The position numbers and the translations under genes are program-made. From Candidatus Nanoarchaeia archaeon (GTDB lineage: Archaea; Nanobdellota; Nanobdellia; SCGC-AAA011-G17; JAFCDX01): DNA of 24,000 nt. The notes below the pieces were generated by a model, which was not told where the DNA came from, did not search any database, and saw only the letters and a program-made list of their open reading frames with translations. Where the stretch lies: contig JBAZJB010000001.1 of assembly GCA_041651575.1 (NCBI GenBank), positions 742,450 to 766,449 on the forward strand, given 5' to 3'. The first letter of the stretch is position 1. Every line of letters begins with the position of its first letter. Positions 20,357 through 24,000 of the stretch are shown here, one piece after another.

Positions 20357-22321
20357 GTGGTACATATTAAAAAAGATAGAGAATTGAGTGTTTTTATATT
20401 TGCAATATTTGTATTCTCATTCTTGGTTTTTATGTTAATGAAACCTTCTATTACTGGGAACGTGGTAGCAATTCCTGAGATGATAGATATTAATACCGGA
20501 AGTTCTTTATCTGATATAAATAATGTTTCTCTTAGTTTTAATGCAGGAGAGTCTTTTTCTTGTGATCATATATTGGTATTAAATATAAGTGATTCTTCAG
20601 ACCAACAAATTTATTCCGATGATGTTACTTTAGCAGTTTTTGTTTCTGCTGCAAAACCTACTAGTAGTTGTACTGGTGATCCAAGTACATACACTCCTGG
20701 TGGAACAAGTCAAATTTTAAATTCTAGTATTTCTATTTTTTCTGGTTTAACTTCTATTAATTTTAATACTGCAGGAACATATACTATTAGTTTGAATTTA
20801 TCTGATGCAATCGGATTACAAAAAAATTTTGGTGAATCTAGTTTTACAGTTTCTGCTCCAGTTGTTTCTAATCCTCCAGAAATAACAGATGTTTCTTTTA
20901 CTAACTTAACTGGTTCAAGTAAATTTAGAGTAAATGGTTATGTAAATTGTTCTTCTATTGTTAAAGATGATAGTAGTACTATTAATGTTAAATATATTTT
21001 GTGGAATAAAACAAGTTTTTCTAATCAATTTAAAACAGGAGATATTTCTTGTTCTGGGGATTCTTGGGTAAGTGGAAAATCTTGTAATGTTTCTGTACAA
21101 ATAACCGAAAGTCATATTGGAGATTGGATATGTACTATTAGTGCTAATGATACTGTTGGAGGAACTTATGCAAATTCAAGTGTTATAGAAATGTTAAATT
21201 CTCCTCCTATATTAAAAGATACTTTTGATAATGATTCTTGGAGGAAAAATACCAATGAAAGTTTAGATTTGGATGACTATTTTTCAGATCCAGATGGACA
21301 AACATTAATTTATAATTTTACAGGAAATAATTCTGTTTCTATTTTTATAGATTCTGATAAAGAAGTAAAATTCGTTCCAAAAAAAGATTGGGTAGGAACT
21401 AATAATATAAGATTTAGTGCTAATGATAGTTTAGGATTGTACGTTGTCGGTAATTTATTTTTAATAAATGTTACAAATTCTACTTCATCTTGTTCTGAAA
21501 CTTGGAATTGTACAAATTGGACTTCTTGTGTTAACAATGTTAGAACAAGAACTTGTGTTGATGAGGAAAATTGTGGAACTTTAACAGGAAGACCTGCAAT
21601 TAATGAATCTTGTACTACTTCTACTTGTGGAATAAACGATGGATGTTCTATATCTTGCGTTGGAGGAGATTCAGATTGTTCTTGCTCTTTAGAAAATGGT
21701 TATGTTTGTGGAATTAATCAAACTTGTAGTAGTTCTACTTTATTACATTCAGGATCAGGAATCTGCTGTTCTATTCCTTGTACTTCTACTGTTTTAGCAG
21801 GAACAACTACAAATGTTAATTTAGGTACTAATAACAATCTTGAAAATAAATCAAATAAGGTACTTATTGGAGTAAGTTTAATTTCTGGAATAGTTTTCAT
21901 TATGATTTTAGTAATTGTAATTTATACTTATGTACAAAGAAAAAGAGCAGTTGTTGAAGAATCAAGTCCGATAGTTCAACCAAAAGAAGTTGCTCCTCAA
22001 ACTTTTGTAAAAGAAATAAAACAAGAACCTACAATAAAAGTAAGGCCTGTTAATGTTGAAAAAATGAAAGAATATATTCAAAAATCTTTAAATGCAAAAG
22101 TTCCTTTGAAGAATATAAAAGAGGGATTAGAAAGAGCAGGATGGCCACAATCTGATATTGAAAGAGAATTAAGTTTAGCAAGATTATCAAACTATATTCA
22201 AGTTAAAATAAATCAAGGTATTCCAAAAGAACAAATTATAAGTTCTCTAAGAATAAAAGGGTGGAAAGAGGAACAAATTAAGGAAGCTTTGAAAGAAACT
22301 AGAATAAAACCTTTATTTTGA
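20357..22321 (+). CDS. large type I membrane surface protein: signal, three Ig/cadherin-like beta domains, Cys-rich stalk, TM helix, cytoplasmic tail with two GW helical repeats
   Basis: Signal is VFIFAIFVFSFLVFMLM...ITG|NVV. Domain linkers are SNPPEITDVSF and NSPPILKDTF. A cadherin-like motif LDLDDYFSDPDGQTLIYNF is present. The Cys-rich region (aa 379..475) reads SCSETWNCTNWTSCVNNVRTRTCVDEENCGT... The TM helix is VLIGVSLISGIVFIMILVIVIYTYV. About 20 N-x-S/T sequons. The GTG start is uncertain. Confidence 0.8.
   Translation: MVHIKKDRELSVFIFAIFVFSFLVFMLMKPSITGNVVAIPEMIDINTGSSLSDINNVSLSFNAGESFSCDHILVLNISDSSDQQIYSDDVTLAVFVSAAKPTSSCTGDPSTYTPGGTSQILNSSISIFSGLTSINFNTAGTYTISLNLSDAIGLQKNFGESSFTVSAPVVSNPPEITDVSFTNLTGSSKFRVNGYVNCSSIVKDDSSTINVKYILWNKTSFSNQFKTGDISCSGDSWVSGKSCNVSVQITESHIGDWICTISANDTVGGTYANSSVIEMLNSPPILKDTFDNDSWRKNTNESLDLDDYFSDPDGQTLIYNFTGNNSVSIFIDSDKEVKFVPKKDWVGTNNIRFSANDSLGLYVVGNLFLINVTNSTSSCSETWNCTNWTSCVNNVRTRTCVDEENCGTLTGRPAINESCTTSTCGINDGCSISCVGGDSDCSCSLENGYVCGINQTCSSSTLLHSGSGICCSIPCTSTVLAGTTTNVNLGTNNNLENKSNKVLIGVSLISGIVFIMILVIVIYTYVQRKRAVVEESSPIVQPKEVAPQTFVKEIKQEPTIKVRPVNVEKMKEYIQKSLNAKVPLKNIKEGLERAGWPQSDIERELSLARLSNYIQVKINQGIPKEQIISSLRIKGWKEEQIKEALKETRIKPLF
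22064..22291 (+). repeat. two tandem ~37-40-aa cytoplasmic repeats (xxxYIQxxxNxxxPxxxIxxxLxxxGWxxxxIxxxL)
   Basis: MKEYIQKSLNAKVPLKNIKEGLERAGWPQSDIEREL and LSNYIQVKINQGIPKEQIISSLRIKGWKEEQIKEAL, read directly from the translation. Confidence 0.7.
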
Positions 22322-22332
22322 AAATAAAAAGA

Positions 22333-22340
22333 TTTAAATA
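22333..22340 (+). promoter_or_regulatory. TATA box TTTAAATA for the 22363 gene
   Basis: It lies within AAAGATTTAAATATATAA, and its centre is about 26 nt upstream of ATG 22363. Confidence 0.45.
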
Positions 22341-22362
22341 TATAAATTTTAATCTTATTTGT

Positions 22363-24000
22363 ATGAAAAAGAGTTTGATTGTACTTTCTTTATTATTAAT
22401 ATTAGTAACTCCAATTGTATTTGCTTTTTCAATAAATGATTTTTTATCAAATTTATTTGGAACTAATTCAGATAATACAAGAACTTTAGAAGCGGTTACT
22501 TATTCTTGCATAAAATCAGATGGTTCTAGTTCTAGTTATTGGAATTATAATGTAAAAGGTACCATTAGTAAAATTACAGTAACTAGTTCTTCGTTTGGTT
22601 CTAGTACTACAACTCAAGCAATAGGTTCTGATTATTGTCTTAAAGATATTGGGCAAGATACTACAGGTACTCTTTTAGGAGAACATTATTGTGCAAATTC
22701 ATACACTTTTCAAATTGGTGCTGTAGATTGTTCTGATTATGGTAAAGTATGTAGTGATGGAAAATGTGTTACATCTTCAACTTCTCCTAGTGGAGGAGGA
22801 AGTACAATAACTCCAGTTACTTTATCTTCAACTATTACAACTTCTTGTGTTGGAACTAAATCAAAAGCAACTATATCTTTTAGTAGTGGAAGTGCTCCTA
22901 GTAATGGAAAATATAGTATTGATCTTTTTAAAGGAGAAATAAGTAATGCAGATCCTTCTACATCAACATATTATGCTGTAGAAGTAACAGATGATACATC
23001 AAAAGCAACCGAAACTTTTACACTTAATGAATTTAATATAAAAGTAATAGGTCCTGGAGATGTAGCTGGAAATGTACAACCATTATCTCCAAGTTATGCT
23101 TTAGAATCTGGACAAAAATATGTTGTTTGGGTATGGAATGGAGCTTTGTCAAATAAAGTAGCATTTACTGCTAAGGACTGTAGTGGAAGTGGAACAACTT
23201 CGGCAGAAGCATTTACTGTTACTGAAGATGATTGTGTTAATGCCCCTATTAACGGAGATAGTAATATTGTAAATGGTGTAGTTAGCAGAATAGGAGAATG
23301 TGGTTCTGATGGAAAAACTTTAAAATTTTGTTATAATAAAAAATTATATACAGAAACTTGTGCATATGGATGTGAGTTAAAATCATATGGGGCTTTTTGT
23401 AAAACTAAAATACCTATGTATACTACAAATACTTGCTCTTATCTTGCTAGTGACACAGGATACACAAATAGTCAATGTGTAACTTCTCCTACTCAAGAAT
23501 GTGCTGTGGTAGGTTATGATGTTAATCTTGGAAGTGCTGCTGATTGTACTAAATTAGATAAAAAATGTTGTGCAAATACATCTTCAACTTCTCCTAGTGG
23601 AGGAGGAAGTACAATAACTCCAGTTACTTTATCTTCAACTATTACAACTTCTTGTGTTGGAACTAAATCAAAAGCAACTATATCTTTTAGTAGTGGAAGT
23701 GCTCCTAGTAATGGAAAATATAGTATTGATCTTTTTAAAGGAGAAATAAGTAATGCAGATCCTTCTACATCAACATATTATGCTGTAGAAGTAACAGATG
23801 ATACATCAAAAGCAACCGAAACTTTTACACTTAATGAATTTAATATAAAAGTAATAGGTCCTGGAGATGTAGCTGGAAATGTACAACCATTATCTCCAAG
23901 TTATGCTTTAGAATCTGGACAAAAATATGTTGTTTGGGTATGGAATGGAGCTTTGTCAAATAAAGTAGCATTTACTGCTAAGGACTGTAGTGGAAGTGGA
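22363..24000 (+). CDS. large secreted repeat protein, partial (runs off the right edge): signal peptide, six-cysteine module, then repeating 269-aa units
   Basis: Not in the ORF track because no stop falls in the window. Hand translation gives MKKSLIVLSLLLILVTPIVFAFS.... A module at nt 22507..22767 reads CIKSDGSSSSYWNYNVKGTIS...SDYC...LGEHYC...CSDYGKVCSDGKC. An S/T/G linker TSSTSPSGGGSTITPVTLSS follows, then a beta-rich domain and more Cys-rich segments. The frame stays open for all 546 codons. Confidence 0.85.
   Translation, partial: MKKSLIVLSLLLILVTPIVFAFSINDFLSNLFGTNSDNTRTLEAVTYSCIKSDGSSSSYWNYNVKGTISKITVTSSSFGSSTTTQAIGSDYCLKDIGQDTTGTLLGEHYCANSYTFQIGAVDCSDYGKVCSDGKCVTSSTSPSGGGSTITPVTLSSTITTSCVGTKSKATISFSSGSAPSNGKYSIDLFKGEISNADPSTSTYYAVEVTDDTSKATETFTLNEFNIKVIGPGDVAGNVQPLSPSYALESGQKYVVWVWNGALSNKVAFTAKDCSGSGTTSAEAFTVTEDDCVNAPINGDSNIVNGVVSRIGECGSDGKTLKFCYNKKLYTETCAYGCELKSYGAFCKTKIPMYTTNTCSYLASDTGYTNSQCVTSPTQECAVVGYDVNLGSAADCTKLDKKCCANTSSTSPSGGGSTITPVTLSSTITTSCVGTKSKATISFSSGSAPSNGKYSIDLFKGEISNADPSTSTYYAVEVTDDTSKATETFTLNEFNIKVIGPGDVAGNVQPLSPSYALESGQKYVVWVWNGALSNKVAFTAKDCSGSG
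22770..23193 (+). repeat. copy 1 of a perfect direct repeat of at least 424 bp (807-bp period)
   Basis: Line-by-line comparison with 23577..24000 found no mismatch. The repeat starts at T22770/T23577 and is still identical at the window end. Confidence 0.9.
23577..24000 (+). repeat. copy 2 of the perfect direct repeat, truncated by the window edge
   Basis: See 22770..23193. The 807-nt offset equals 269 codons and is in frame. Confidence 0.9.

Noticed and set aside
20915-21900. Three minus-strand ORFs (20915..21115, 21310..21537, 21718..21900) inside the 654-aa surface-protein gene
   Set aside because: They are antisense to a long gene with coherent domain architecture. They are short, have no start context, and their composition looks like frame-shadow artefacts.
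1-24000. Alternative genetic code or stop-codon reassignment, prompted by the GGF aRF1
   Set aside because: TAA (most genes), TAG (valS at 9528..9530; 13501..13503) and TGA (22319..22321) all end well-supported ORFs at sensible positions. No recognised gene needs read-through of an in-frame stop.

Overview
AT-rich (roughly 30% GC by eye), very gene-dense stretch of an archaeal chromosome. All calls come from hand translation and motif recognition; no searches were run. Archaeal identity rests on ribosomal proteins S19e/L39e/L31e, Cbf5, aRF1, RNA polymerase subunit L (Rpo11), MBF1 and TATA boxes placed about 25 nt before start codons. The small proteins, reduced housekeeping genes and many cysteine-rich surface proteins suggest a DPANN-like small-genome archaeon (inference). 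Housekeeping genes are cbf5 (partial), rps19e-rpl39e-rpl31e, cysS, tRNA-Phe(GAA), valS, aRF1, scpB, mbf1, rpoL and an AMMECR1-domain gene. Between them sits a large extracellular and cell-surface gene complement. The most notable part is a six-cysteine module I cannot name (C-x-D-T-D-x-G ... D-Y-C ... L-K-E-Y-x-C ... C-x-x-G-C-x-N-G-A-C). It occurs four times in a 643-aa lipobox protein (9565..11496). It occurs once in each of six tandem small secreted proteins (12742..15098). It occurs again in a large repeat-containing surface protein that runs off the right edge (22363..24000). Two adjacent small genes share a 99-nt block that is 100% identical (the 8 nt before the ATG plus the signal peptide) and a near-identical 3' end, but have strongly diverged mature regions, giving a cassette-like mosaic. 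Other notable points: the aRF1 carries GGF in place of the universal GGQ motif, and the last gene has a perfect repeat of at least 424 bp with an 807-bp period. There is also a candidate glycosylation locus (a GT-C membrane protein with an STT3-like first-loop motif plus a processive QxxRW GT2), a membrane-tethered wHTH regulator next to a duplicated 10-bp palindrome, and a type IV pilin-like gene. No CRISPR array, transposase, integrase or reverse transcriptase was seen.
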